A stretch of DNA of 42,638 nt, from the NCBI GenBank assembly GCA_047619465.1, contig JBLHJW010000002.1, positions 1 through 42,638 of the forward strand, written 5' to 3'. Source of the stretch: Minisyncoccia bacterium. Its GTDB lineage: Bacteria > Patescibacteriota > Minisyncoccia > Phycocordibacterales > CSBR16-119. The position numbers were made by a program, and so were the translations under genes. The notes below the pieces were generated by a model. That model saw only the letters and a program-made list of their open reading frames with translations. It had not been told where the DNA came from and ran no database searches. Every line of letters begins with the position of its first letter. Position 1 is the stretch's first letter. Below, piece by piece: positions 1-8,763 of this stretch.

Positions 1-27
1 GAGGTCAGTTATTTCAAAAAAGTAAAA

Positions 28-678
28 ATGGAAATAAATATTTCAAAAAATGGAAGCTATCTTGTTTATGCTGGAGATGAAAAGTCTGGAGTAGATTTTG
101 TTTTGAGTGAGTGTAAAAAAATAAAAGCCCCACACTCAGGGGCCGACTGTCTCGTTTTTCAGAAGACAACAATTTCAATAGATGACATTCGTCTGATTCA
201 GGATATGCATGAACAGAAATCCATTGGTGAAGAAAAAACAATAATTTGTGCTGGGTCATTTATTACTACTCAAGCTCAGAACGCACTTCTAAAGATGATT
301 GAAGATACAAAAAAGGGAGAAAGGATATTTCTGATTGTTGCATACGAAGCAGAATTGCTACCAACAATTATTTCTAGAGTTCAAACTTTTAGACTACAGA
401 CCGGTGTTGAGAGCGGGGAAGCGAAAGATTTTGTAGAGATGCCTGCCCACGCACGAATTTCATACATAGAAAAAAACTTTCTTTCTATAGAAGAATCAGA
501 CTCTAAACGCGATGCACTGCTAGGATTTTTTAGAGATCTAGAAAAATATACACACTCGCAACAAAATCTCACAAAGTACGAAGACCTTCTTCGGGCGCTG
601 CCAGTACTGCGTACAATGCTCGGCAACCCAGGAGCTCCAGCGAAAATGATCGCAGAGTATGTGGCGTTGGCTTTTTAG
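28..678 (+). CDS. holB: DNA polymerase III delta-prime-like clamp-loader subunit (short, degenerate Walker A)
   Basis: 216-aa ORF. The motif LLPTIISRVQTF resembles the delta-prime/RFC box VII (T-I-x-SRC-Q). No clear GxxGxGK P-loop. Confidence 0.5.
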   Translation: MEINISKNGSYLVYAGDEKSGVDFVLSECKKIKAPHSGADCLVFQKTTISIDDIRLIQDMHEQKSIGEEKTIICAGSFITTQAQNALLKMIEDTKKGERIFLIVAYEAELLPTIISRVQTFRLQTGVESGEAKDFVEMPAHARISYIEKNFLSIEESDSKRDALLGFFRDLEKYTHSQQNLTKYEDLLRALPVLRTMLGNPGAPAKMIAEYVALAF

Positions 679-685
679 ATTAATA

Positions 686-715
686 TTGACAGATTAGTAT
701 TTATTGTGCTATAAA
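686..715 (+). promoter_or_regulatory. Sigma70-type promoter: TTGACA-18-TGcTATAAA
   Basis: TTGACA at 686-691, TG at 707-708, TATAAA at 710-715. The predicted TSS is near 722, giving a ~110-nt leader before the ATG at 835. Confidence 0.5.
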
Positions 716-727
716 CTAATAAAGATT

Positions 728-775
728 GGTCCTAGCCAAAAGGCACCAAAACATTGGTGTTTTCTGGCTATGACC
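728..775 (+). other. Long imperfect RNA hairpin in the 5' leader (22 stacked positions, 2 mismatches, 2 G-U, AACA loop)
   Basis: GGTCCTAGCCAAAAGGCACCAA / AACA / TTGGTGTTTTCTGGCTATGACC. No U-tail follows, so it is not a terminator. Confidence 0.6.
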
Positions 776-810
776 ACCACCAAGAAGGTATAGTTCTCTG
801 GCAATAACAA

Positions 811-830
811 TATATATATATATATATATA
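811..830. repeat. (TA)10 dinucleotide microsatellite, ending 4 nt before the ATG at 835
   Basis: Direct reading: tatatatatatatatatata followed by tgta ATG. Confidence 0.95.
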
Positions 831-834
831 TGTA

Positions 835-1524
835 ATGGCACATAAAAGTACTAGCGAAGAATCGGCAACCAAGTTGCTAGGTCTTCAAAAAGATTTGGGT
901 AACAAATTATCAAATGGATCACGGTCCCTTGATGATTTGTATTGGTTCAATACCCTGCCAAAGGAAACCCTTCGACAGCTTGTCGAAGGTGGCTATGAAT
1001 TAGTAGAACCAAAAAACCCCTACCTCCGTTTAATCTCAGGAGGTCAGACAGTATCCATCCCTGCTTGCAAAGGTGGAGAGAATACAAATATCTATAACGC
1101 CAAGAAAACTTTTCCTGGATACATAGATTCTGATTTCAAAGGTTACGGAACTAACTTACCACAGCCAGCAACTGAGAAAACTAATGTTTCTGTGTACGAA
1201 ATGTACAACAAAGACGCAGATTTCAAAACTTTGTTTGGTTCATTAAGCTCTGACTTAAAAAGTCTTGCATTTGAATCCCAAGAGCAAATTGAGGAATTCT
1301 GCTTGGAAAACAAAAAGTGGTTGCGAACAGACGGTTATGGAACTTTCTTCTTGTTTACTGAAGAAGCAGAGGGTGAAGAAAAGTTCTTCGTTGCGGACGT
1401 GGACTTCGGCTCTAGTGAGCTGGAGGTGGTTGTGTTTCACTTGTCGAGTGACGATGTGTGGGACGCGAGCAATGCTCATCGTATCGTGACTCCTGCTACA
1501 AAACACTTGGAAGCTCAGAGCTAA
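835..1524 (+). CDS. Hypothetical protein (no recognisable family)
   Basis: 229-aa ORF bounded by a promoter/leader upstream and a perfect terminator downstream. Confidence 0.65.
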   Translation: MAHKSTSEESATKLLGLQKDLGNKLSNGSRSLDDLYWFNTLPKETLRQLVEGGYELVEPKNPYLRLISGGQTVSIPACKGGENTNIYNAKKTFPGYIDSDFKGYGTNLPQPATEKTNVSVYEMYNKDADFKTLFGSLSSDLKSLAFESQEQIEEFCLENKKWLRTDGYGTFFLFTEEAEGEEKFFVADVDFGSSELEVVVFHLSSDDVWDASNAHRIVTPATKHLEAQS

Positions 1525-1546
1525 ACCCTCTGACCCTTAATATCTT

Positions 1547-1580
1547 AGACCCTTTCCTTTTGGAAAGGGTCTTTTATTTA
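1547..1580 (+). terminator. Rho-independent terminator
   Basis: AGACCCTTTCC-TTTT-GGAAAGGGTCT followed by TTTTATTT. Confidence 0.85.
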
Positions 1581-1582
1581 CT

Positions 1583-1611
1583 TTGCCAAAAAAGCCGCTC
1601 CCGAGTATACT
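1583..1611 (+). promoter_or_regulatory. Promoter TTGCCA-17-TATACT, 8 nt upstream of the frr ATG (leaderless type)
   Basis: TTGCCA at 1583-1588, TATACT at 1606-1611, ATG at 1620. No SD site. Confidence 0.55.
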
Positions 1612-1619
1612 TACTCCAT

Positions 1620-2171
1620 ATGATAAATTTAAACGAAGCAAAAGCAGCATTTCAGGGAACTGAAGAATGGCTATCAAAGGAATACTCACAGGTTCACACA
1701 GGACAGGCCAGCCCCGCTATCCTAGACTCTATAAACGTAGAAGTTTATGGTGCTATACAACCTATCAAAAACATTGGATCTATATCTATAGAAAACTCAA
1801 AGACACTTCTTGTTGCTCCATGGGACAAGTCTCAGATCAAAGATATTGAAAAAGCTATTATTGATAGCGGTCTTGGTTTATCTACTGCAGCTGGTGACTC
1901 AGGTGTTCGAGTGATACTCCCTCAGCTTACAGAAGAGACACGTGGAAAGCTTGCAAAGGTACTGAAAGCTAAAATGGAAGATGCTCGAGTCTCTATTCGG
2001 AAAGAACGACAAACAGCAATTGAATCACTTGAGACACAAAAGAAAGATGGGGACATTGGCGAGGATGATATAAAGCGAGGAAAAGAAGACATCCAGAAAA
2101 TGGTGGATGCATCAAATATAAAACTAGAGGAGATTTATAAGGCAAAGGAAGTAGAAATAATGAGCGTTTAA
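1620..2171 (+). CDS. frr: Ribosome recycling factor
   Basis: Typical RRF sequence (SPAILDSINVEVYG, LVAPWDKS, LPQLTEETR). The start is moved to M55 of the tracked ORF because the upstream part covers a terminator and promoter. Confidence 0.95.
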   Translation: MINLNEAKAAFQGTEEWLSKEYSQVHTGQASPAILDSINVEVYGAIQPIKNIGSISIENSKTLLVAPWDKSQIKDIEKAIIDSGLGLSTAAGDSGVRVILPQLTEETRGKLAKVLKAKMEDARVSIRKERQTAIESLETQKKDGDIGEDDIKRGKEDIQKMVDASNIKLEEIYKAKEVEIMSV

Positions 2172-2175
2172 TTAT

Positions 2176-3303
2176 ATGGAAACTATTTTACTGATAATCA
2201 TACTTGTTGCTGTATTAGCTGTTCTGATTTTAGTTCATGAATTTGGGCATTTTATAGTTGCAAAACGAAACGGTATTAGGGTAGATGAGTTTGGATTTGG
2301 ATTTCCTCCACGAGCAAAGAAACTTTTTCATTGGAAGGGAACTGATTTTACTCTAAACTGGATTCCATTTGGAGGCTTCGTTCGAATCTTTGGAGAAAAT
2401 CCTGCTGATCCAGAATTATCCGGTAGCAAACCTAAGGATAGTTTTATTGCCAAGAGTAGATGGACTCAAGCAAGAGTTCTTTTGGCTGGAGTTTTTTTCA
2501 ATATACTTCTAGCTTGGTTCTTGTTTGCACTTTCTTTTGTAATGGGGGTTCCAGCCATCGTTAGTTCAAGTAACTCGCTTTACAGACACATGGAATCTGG
2601 TCAAGAACTCGTTATCACAGATGTTCTTCAAGAGTCTCCCGCATCTAAAGCTGGGCTAGTTCCTGGAGATATAGTTTCAAATATTTCAGAAGCTCGAGAG
2701 GTTAGAGAATATCCCAACCTAGATGATTTTGCTTTCTCTGGATTCATCAAGAATCATCCAAATGAACTTTTAACTATTCAGTACACTAGAGATGGAAGGG
2801 AAAACAGTGTGGCATTGAAACCTGTAGTTGGGGTGTTGTCACAAGACTTCGCTTCTATCGGAGTGGCTACTGCCTTGTCCGGAAATCTTCAGTTGTCAGT
2901 TCCTAGAGCTATATGGCAAGGAGGAAAATCCACTGTTAAAGTTTTCTTTGAGACAACCAGAGGACTAGCAAGTATTATAGGTGGAATATTTACATCTAAC
3001 GATACACCCGTTCTTGAACAAGTGTCAGGTCCTATTGGTATAGCTGGAATAGTGCAAGACTCTATGTCAGAAGGGTTTACCTCTATTCTTATGCTGGTTG
3101 CTATTATCTCTGTGAACTTGGCTGTCTTGAATCTTGTACCATTTCCAGCGCTGGACGGTGGAAGGCTACTTATACTAATTGTTGAAGGAGTTAGAAAGAA
3201 AACAGTTAGCCCAAAAATTGTTATGTGGATAAACGCAGTCGGATTCTTTGTACTCATTGGTCTTATGGTGGTGGTGACAATTAGTGACATAATCAAGTTG
3301 TAA
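2176..3303 (+). CDS. rseP: RIP metalloprotease RseP (M50 site-2 protease with PDZ)
   Basis: HEFGHF zinc motif in TM1, PDZ-like middle region, NLVPFPALDGG motif. Confidence 0.9.
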   Translation: METILLIIILVAVLAVLILVHEFGHFIVAKRNGIRVDEFGFGFPPRAKKLFHWKGTDFTLNWIPFGGFVRIFGENPADPELSGSKPKDSFIAKSRWTQARVLLAGVFFNILLAWFLFALSFVMGVPAIVSSSNSLYRHMESGQELVITDVLQESPASKAGLVPGDIVSNISEAREVREYPNLDDFAFSGFIKNHPNELLTIQYTRDGRENSVALKPVVGVLSQDFASIGVATALSGNLQLSVPRAIWQGGKSTVKVFFETTRGLASIIGGIFTSNDTPVLEQVSGPIGIAGIVQDSMSEGFTSILMLVAIISVNLAVLNLVPFPALDGGRLLILIVEGVRKKTVSPKIVMWINAVGFFVLIGLMVVVTISDIIKL

Positions 3304-3324
3304 ATTTGCTACAATTTATTTGTT

Positions 3325-4074
3325 ATGGAACTTCTACCTGCAATAAAGGAGTATTCAGAAAATAGGCCGGGCCACTACAGTGGAGCTTGTAGTCACTTTA
3401 TACCAAAGGATCCAGATGGTGAGTTCTGGAGTGCTTTCCAAGAAGAGGTTCTTGAAAAGTTTTCTTTTGATTTGCCGGTTGTCGATGCAGACAAAAAGAT
3501 CAATCCTTTTTTTGGGTTCTTTGGCACTAGATTTCATCCAGAGAAAATGACACCGTACTACTTCCATGCGGGAATAGATTTCACGGGAAAAGTAAAAAGA
3601 GAAATATTTCCTGTTGCAGATGGAATTTTAGAATACTCAGGTTTTGGTATAATCAACGGGAAATATGTCATGCTCTCTCACCCTGAGATAAAAACAAAAG
3701 ATGGTTATGTTCTCCATTCTTTATATATGCATCTTCGGGACATAAAGGTTTCGTTCAATTCATACCAAAAGATGCTCCGTGAAGTTAGTTTCAATACTTA
3801 TCCTTCAATAAATATATCGAAAGATCAGACCATAGGCGGGATTGGTAAGACTGGTCTAGCGGGGGGGCACCCTCATCTCCATCTGCAGTTTGAGTTTCGA
3901 AATGAAAAAGGAGACATAATTCTAATTAATCCAGCCCCATTCTTAGGGCTTGATTCTGAGGATAATTTAACAGGGAAGATTAAAAGTAGCGAATTATTTA
4001 GGGATTTTGTTGAAAAAAATAAAGAAGATATGGTTAAATGGGGCTTATCCGATATTGTAAATAATTCAATATAG
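3325..4074 (+). CDS. M23 family metallopeptidase
   Basis: FHAGIDF (HxxxD) and HPHLHLQF (HxH) LytM/M23 signatures. TGcTACAAT at 3307-3315 lies 9 nt before the ATG. Confidence 0.85.
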   Translation: MELLPAIKEYSENRPGHYSGACSHFIPKDPDGEFWSAFQEEVLEKFSFDLPVVDADKKINPFFGFFGTRFHPEKMTPYYFHAGIDFTGKVKREIFPVADGILEYSGFGIINGKYVMLSHPEIKTKDGYVLHSLYMHLRDIKVSFNSYQKMLREVSFNTYPSINISKDQTIGGIGKTGLAGGHPHLHLQFEFRNEKGDIILINPAPFLGLDSEDNLTGKIKSSELFRDFVEKNKEDMVKWGLSDIVNNSI

Positions 4075-4093
4075 GGACTCTTTCCACAGGGGG

Positions 4094-4122
4094 TTGCACA
4101 ATTTGATAAATAATGTTATAGT
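4094..4122 (+). promoter_or_regulatory. Promoter TTGCAC-17-TATAGT
   Basis: TTGCAC at 4094-4099 and TATAGT at 4117-4122. Gives a ~90-nt leader before the ATG at 4220. Confidence 0.5.
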
Positions 4123-4219
4123 CTATGTAGTTAATTCTTCTGAGTTAATATTTTAAATGGTTAGGTCGTTAGGCCTTTTAATTTTGATTAGTATTTAAAT
4201 AAGTAAACAATTATTAAAT

Positions 4220-5248
4220 ATGGCTACAACATATAAAGCAAAACAAATAAGCAAAAAACTCCTATCAGAGCTTGGGGAGCGGGCTTTGGATGTGGTTTCA
4301 AATCGGTTTGGACTTACTCCAGACTCAGAGAGGAAAACACTAGAATCCATTGGACAAAAATATGGTATTACTCGTGAAAGAGTAAGACAGATTGAGAATG
4401 CAGCTCTTGGTTCTATAAGAAAATCTGACATGTTTCAAGAACACGAAGAATCTTTTATAGACCTGCAGTCTATCATTCAAGACTTAGGAGGAGTTGTCTC
4501 TGAAGATGAGATTCTTTCACATGTTGCAAAGGATGCTAGCGCACAAAACCATGTGCACTTTCACATGGTTCTAGGTGATCAATTTAATGACCACAAAGAA
4601 AATGATCACTTCAAGAAAAGATGGAGTGTCGACGGAGAATCTACAGACTCAATTCATGATGCACTTAGCAACTTGTACAAGTCAATTTCTCTTGACGAGC
4701 TTCTGACTGAAGATGAACTTATATCTAGATTTGCAAAGAATCTAACTGAAGCATCTCAAGATGTTCGAGATCAAGAAATAGTAAAGAGATGGCTGAGGCT
4801 GTCAAAACGAATCGATTCAAACCCACTTGGAGAGTGGGGACGAGCAGAATCAAAGTCTGTTCGTGTTAGAGGAGTGAAAGACTATGCCTTTCTTGTTATG
4901 CGAAGACATGGATCTCCAATGCATTTCCGAGAGGTTGCTGAGTCAATTACTGATACATTTAATAAAAAGACGCATCCAGCAACAACCCATAACGAACTAA
5001 TTAAAGATGAAAGATTTGTACTCGTTGGAAGAGGTTTATATGGACTTCGAGAGTGGGGATACAAGCCTGGAGTTGTAGCTGATGTTATCCGAGGCATCAT
5101 TGAGAAAGATGGACCAATGTCAAAAGAAGAAGTTGTTGACAAGGTTCTAAAGGAGCGATATCTAAAAAGGAATACAATTCTAGTAAATCTTCAAAACCCT
5201 AAAAAGTTTAAGAAGACAAAAGAAGGACTATATACAACAATCAAATAA
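4220..5248 (+). CDS. Sigma-70 region-4-like HTH protein with a C-terminal HARE-HTH-like domain
   Basis: N-terminal SIGQKYGITRERVRQIENAAL is a sigma region 4.2-type HTH. The C-terminal VLVGRGLYGLREWGY resembles the HARE-HTH / RNAP delta N-domain signature. Confidence 0.7.
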   Translation: MATTYKAKQISKKLLSELGERALDVVSNRFGLTPDSERKTLESIGQKYGITRERVRQIENAALGSIRKSDMFQEHEESFIDLQSIIQDLGGVVSEDEILSHVAKDASAQNHVHFHMVLGDQFNDHKENDHFKKRWSVDGESTDSIHDALSNLYKSISLDELLTEDELISRFAKNLTEASQDVRDQEIVKRWLRLSKRIDSNPLGEWGRAESKSVRVRGVKDYAFLVMRRHGSPMHFREVAESITDTFNKKTHPATTHNELIKDERFVLVGRGLYGLREWGYKPGVVADVIRGIIEKDGPMSKEEVVDKVLKERYLKRNTILVNLQNPKKFKKTKEGLYTTIK

Positions 5249-5260
5249 ACTCAGAAATAA

Positions 5261-5288
5261 AAAAACCCTGTAGCCAGGGTTTTTTTAT
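5261..5288 (+). terminator. Rho-independent terminator
   Basis: AAAAACCCTG-TAGC-CAGGGTTTTTTT. Confidence 0.8.
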
Positions 5289-5309
5289 TTTTCTGATATA
5301 ATTATCATT

Positions 5310-5786
5310 ATGATAAATACAAAGGGAGAAATATTCTGGATAATACTTATGGCTATTGCGGGTATAATATTGGCTGTTTTGGCTTTAGGACTTGCGACAG
5401 GAGAAAATAGATATTTGGGTGTTTTTACTGGACAATACAGTAATAAATCTGCAGATAAAGACAGCTGTGGAATACTCATAGACGAGCCGGCGGCAAAGAA
5501 AACTTTCATGTTTCCATTCACTGTTTCTGGAAAAATAACAGGATGTGGATGGTCTGCTTCCGAGGGAATGGTTGGGTCCGTGCATGTCATTGATGGAACA
5601 GGGACTGAAGTGTCATTCGAAAGTTTAGAGGCAACAAGTGCATGGAACTCAGAGACTGTTACATTTAATCAAAACATAAGTATTCCAATTATGAACACAG
5701 AAGATGGGAAAATTCGTTTTAAAAATATAGACTCATCAGGAGAAAACCCTCTATCTTTTGATATCCCCGTCAATTTCCAGCAGTAA
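5310..5786 (+). CDS. Membrane-anchored protein with an Ig-like (Gmad2-like) domain
   Basis: N-terminal TM helix. FTVSGKITGCGW..EGMVGSVHVIDGTG resembles Gmad2 Ig-like domains. TGaTATAAT lies 7 nt before the ATG. Confidence 0.55.
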   Translation: MINTKGEIFWIILMAIAGIILAVLALGLATGENRYLGVFTGQYSNKSADKDSCGILIDEPAAKKTFMFPFTVSGKITGCGWSASEGMVGSVHVIDGTGTEVSFESLEATSAWNSETVTFNQNISIPIMNTEDGKIRFKNIDSSGENPLSFDIPVNFQQ

Positions 5787-5818
5787 GACAATTTTCTGGG
5801 TTATAATGTTACCACTCT

Positions 5819-7069
5819 ATGATACTTGATTTATTAAACGTCATTCTACTTTTTATACTAAATGGACTAGCAAAAACTGCACTTTTCTGGGTTCCGGTTG
5901 TTTTGTTGATTGTTGGGTGGAGACTTTGGATTAGATATGTCAATATTGCAACAATAGAAAGTAAGAAATGGACACTGTTAGAAATAAGAATTCCTAAAGA
6001 CGTATTTAGAACACCTGTTGCCATGGAAATCTTTCTTTCAAATGCTATTCACCAAACAGGGGGAATGGGAACATGGTTAAAGAAGTACTGGGATGGAAAT
6101 GTTCACACATGGTTTTCTCTGGAAATTATTTCTATTCAAGGGTCCGTCAAGTTTTTTATAAGGACAGAGAATAAATTTAGAAGATTAATAGAAGCTCAGC
6201 TATATGCGCAGTATCCCACTGTTGAAATTATTGAGTCTGAAGACTATGTAGAGAAAACAGCCAAAGAAATGATGATTAAGCCTTGGAGTATTTGGGGTTC
6301 AGAGTTTAGCTTAGCTAAAGATGACCCATATCCAATAAAAACATATGTTGATTACGGACTTGATAAATCAGGAGGAGGACTTTTAGAGGAGGAGAAAAAA
6401 ATTGATCCAATATCTCCTTTTATAGAATTTCTGGCTTCTATGAAGTCTGGAGAGCAAGCATGGTATCAAATTATTGTACGTCCATCTATAAAACGATTTA
6501 AAGATCCCAATAGTATGTTTGGTAAGATCGACTGGAAAGATGATGCCTTAAGATTGAAAGAGGATCTAATGAAGGCTCACATTGTAAAAGACGAGAACGG
6601 CAACGAGAAGCGTAATATTCAGAACATGACTCAGTCAGAAAAAGACGCCCTAACTGCGATCGAGAAAAGCATCGGCAAGCCTGGCTTTGATGTAGGAATG
6701 AGGGCTCTATATTTGGCAAAGGAAGATTCATTTGACCCAGACAACATAAATGGACTATTAGGAGCCGTTAAGCAGTACAACTCTGTTAATCTAAATAGTT
6801 TTAAGCCATCAAACACAACAGATTTTGACTATCCTTGGGAGGATCCAACAGGGTCTAGGGTTCGTAGATTGAAAAAGAAAATATTCAATGCTTACTGGGA
6901 CAGAGGTTACTTTTATCACCCTTATGATATTAAAGGTAGAAAACCTTTTGTTTTGAATTCTGAGGAACTAGCGACTATATTTCACTTCCCAAGCCGTTCA
7001 ACAGAAGCACCAACATTTGAGAGAATCGAAGCCAAAAAGGCAACACCACCACCAAATCTTCCTATATAG
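5819..7069 (+). CDS. Hypothetical membrane protein (two N-terminal TM helices)
   Basis: 416-aa ORF with no recognised family. Its stop lies 2 nt before the mltG ATG. Confidence 0.7.
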   Translation: MILDLLNVILLFILNGLAKTALFWVPVVLLIVGWRLWIRYVNIATIESKKWTLLEIRIPKDVFRTPVAMEIFLSNAIHQTGGMGTWLKKYWDGNVHTWFSLEIISIQGSVKFFIRTENKFRRLIEAQLYAQYPTVEIIESEDYVEKTAKEMMIKPWSIWGSEFSLAKDDPYPIKTYVDYGLDKSGGGLLEEEKKIDPISPFIEFLASMKSGEQAWYQIIVRPSIKRFKDPNSMFGKIDWKDDALRLKEDLMKAHIVKDENGNEKRNIQNMTQSEKDALTAIEKSIGKPGFDVGMRALYLAKEDSFDPDNINGLLGAVKQYNSVNLNSFKPSNTTDFDYPWEDPTGSRVRRLKKKIFNAYWDRGYFYHPYDIKGRKPFVLNSEELATIFHFPSRSTEAPTFERIEAKKATPPPNLPI

Positions 7070-7071
7070 AT

Positions 7072-8088
7072 ATGGAAAATACACTTTTAGAAAAAATCGG
7101 ATATTATTTTAAAAAAATAATTAGCTCCGTTAGATTTGCAACAGAGACTCAAGGTGAGCTTGTTTGGGCTGGGCTTGCTTTTTTTGTGTTCATTTTTCTT
7201 CTTTCATTTATTGCTCCACCTAGAAGCTTTATGATTCAAACTTATGTTGAGATAGAAGAAGGCTCTAGCTTAAGATCTGTTAGTGAACTTTTTTCTGAGG
7301 AAGAATACATAAAAAGCGGTCAACTTTTTGAATTTTTTGTCGTATTGTTCGGTCGTCAGAAAGGTGTAAAAGCTGGAGAGTATTTCTTTGAGCAAAGGAT
7401 AACATCACTAGAAGTGGCTTGGAGATTGGTCCGTGGAGATACTCGTGTTGCACCCGTATCAGTTACATTTTTTGAGGGGGCGACCGTGGACGAAATGGCA
7501 TGGGTTCTTGGCGAGAATCTTTATAAGTTTGATAAAGAAAAATTTATTAAATTAGCAAAACCAAAAGAAGGGTATCTGTTTCCGGATACTTATTATTTCA
7601 AAAAGAAGACTAGTCCAGAAGAAATAATAGACATACTAGAGAGAACTTTTATAGACAAAACCACAGAGATGCTTTCTTTTTTTGAAGAGTCGGGGCGGTC
7701 AATTGATGAGCTTGTGATCATGGCCTCCATTTTAGAAAAAGAGGCAGCAAATATATATGAGGAAAAGCGTACAATTGCAGGAATTCTATGGAAAAGAATC
7801 TCAATCGACATGCCCCTGCAGGTTGATGCCACTCTTAAGTACGTAACAGGTAAAGGTTCAGCTCAGCTAACAAATAAGGATCTACAGACAGATTTTCCTT
7901 ACAACACATACACAAACAGAGGTCTTCCTCCTGGTCCAATAGGAAATCCTGGTGAAGATGCCCTGAAAGCTGCTGCTAATCCAAGCGCATCCGAATATCT
8001 TTTTTACCTTCACGACAAGAATGGTGGAATTCACTATGGGAAAAATCACACAGAACACTTACGCAACAGAAGAGACCACCTGAATTAA
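7072..8088 (+). CDS. mltG: Endolytic murein transglycosylase MltG (YceG-like)
   Basis: N-terminal TM helix plus YceG motifs (ASILEKEA, NTYTNRGLPPGPIGNPG). Confidence 0.9.
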   Translation: MENTLLEKIGYYFKKIISSVRFATETQGELVWAGLAFFVFIFLLSFIAPPRSFMIQTYVEIEEGSSLRSVSELFSEEEYIKSGQLFEFFVVLFGRQKGVKAGEYFFEQRITSLEVAWRLVRGDTRVAPVSVTFFEGATVDEMAWVLGENLYKFDKEKFIKLAKPKEGYLFPDTYYFKKKTSPEEIIDILERTFIDKTTEMLSFFEESGRSIDELVIMASILEKEAANIYEEKRTIAGILWKRISIDMPLQVDATLKYVTGKGSAQLTNKDLQTDFPYNTYTNRGLPPGPIGNPGEDALKAAANPSASEYLFYLHDKNGGIHYGKNHTEHLRNRRDHLN

Positions 8089-8130
8089 TTTTTTGTTGTG
8101 ATACAATGATGTTTCAATTTTACTTAATAC

Positions 8131-8676
8131 ATGAAAAGACATAAACTAGCATTTGTAGATATAGAAACCACTGGATTCAGCACTGATACACAGGAGATTA
8201 TTGAGCTTGGGGTTGTTATTGCTAAACCCTTAAACGATGACGCTACTGAATACGAGGTTGTAGAAGAACTAGACCTAAAAATAAAACCGGAACATATAGA
8301 AACAGCAGATGTTCAAGCCCTTAGGGTTAATGGTTATGATGAAGGGGCCTGGATTTTCGCCCATTCTCTGAAAGAAGCAATGCAAATATTTTCTGACAAG
8401 ACAGAAGGATGTGTCTTTGTGGCTCATAACGTTGCTTTTGACTACAGCTTCATAGATAAGGCCTTTCATAAGACTGGAGTGGAAGATAAACTTTTCTATG
8501 CAAAAATGGATACTATTTCTATGGCTTTCGCTAAACTCCACAAGAAGAAAGATATAGAACGATTTAGTCTAAAGAAGCTTTGTGAATATTTTGGCATTGA
8601 AAACAATAAAGCTCACACAGCTCTATCTGATGCGCGGGCCACATTTGAATTATTTCACCATTTAATGAAACTGTAA
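8131..8676 (+). CDS. DEDDh 3'-5' exonuclease (DnaQ / Pol III epsilon-like)
   Basis: ExoI FVDIETTG, ExoII AHNVAFDYSF, ExoIII HTALSDA. Confidence 0.85.
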   Translation: MKRHKLAFVDIETTGFSTDTQEIIELGVVIAKPLNDDATEYEVVEELDLKIKPEHIETADVQALRVNGYDEGAWIFAHSLKEAMQIFSDKTEGCVFVAHNVAFDYSFIDKAFHKTGVEDKLFYAKMDTISMAFAKLHKKKDIERFSLKKLCEYFGIENNKAHTALSDARATFELFHHLMKL

Positions 8677-8698
8677 GATTTTTAGCACTTTTCTTGTA

Positions 8699-8722
8699 GA
8701 CCTTGATTAATTCAGGGTTTTG
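8699..8722 (+). terminator. Rho-independent terminator (one G-U pair)
   Basis: ACCTTGA-TTAAT-TCAGGGT followed by TTTTG. Confidence 0.6.
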
Positions 8723-8763
8723 TTGTATTGTATACATTAATAGCACTTCAAAATATATGTCAA

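Noticed and set aside
1433-1452. parS-like half-site TGTTTCAC inside the orphan gene at 835-1524. The ParB-gene terminator stem GCGTGA..TCACGC is also superficially parS-like.
   Set aside because: It is only one half-site with no palindromic partner. The terminator stem has the half-sites in the wrong orientation and spacing for TGTTTCAC-GTGAAACA.
1458-1619. N-terminal extension of frr in the ORF track.
   Set aside because: The extension runs through the previous gene's terminator (1547-1580) and the frr promoter. The RRF homology begins at M55 (1620).
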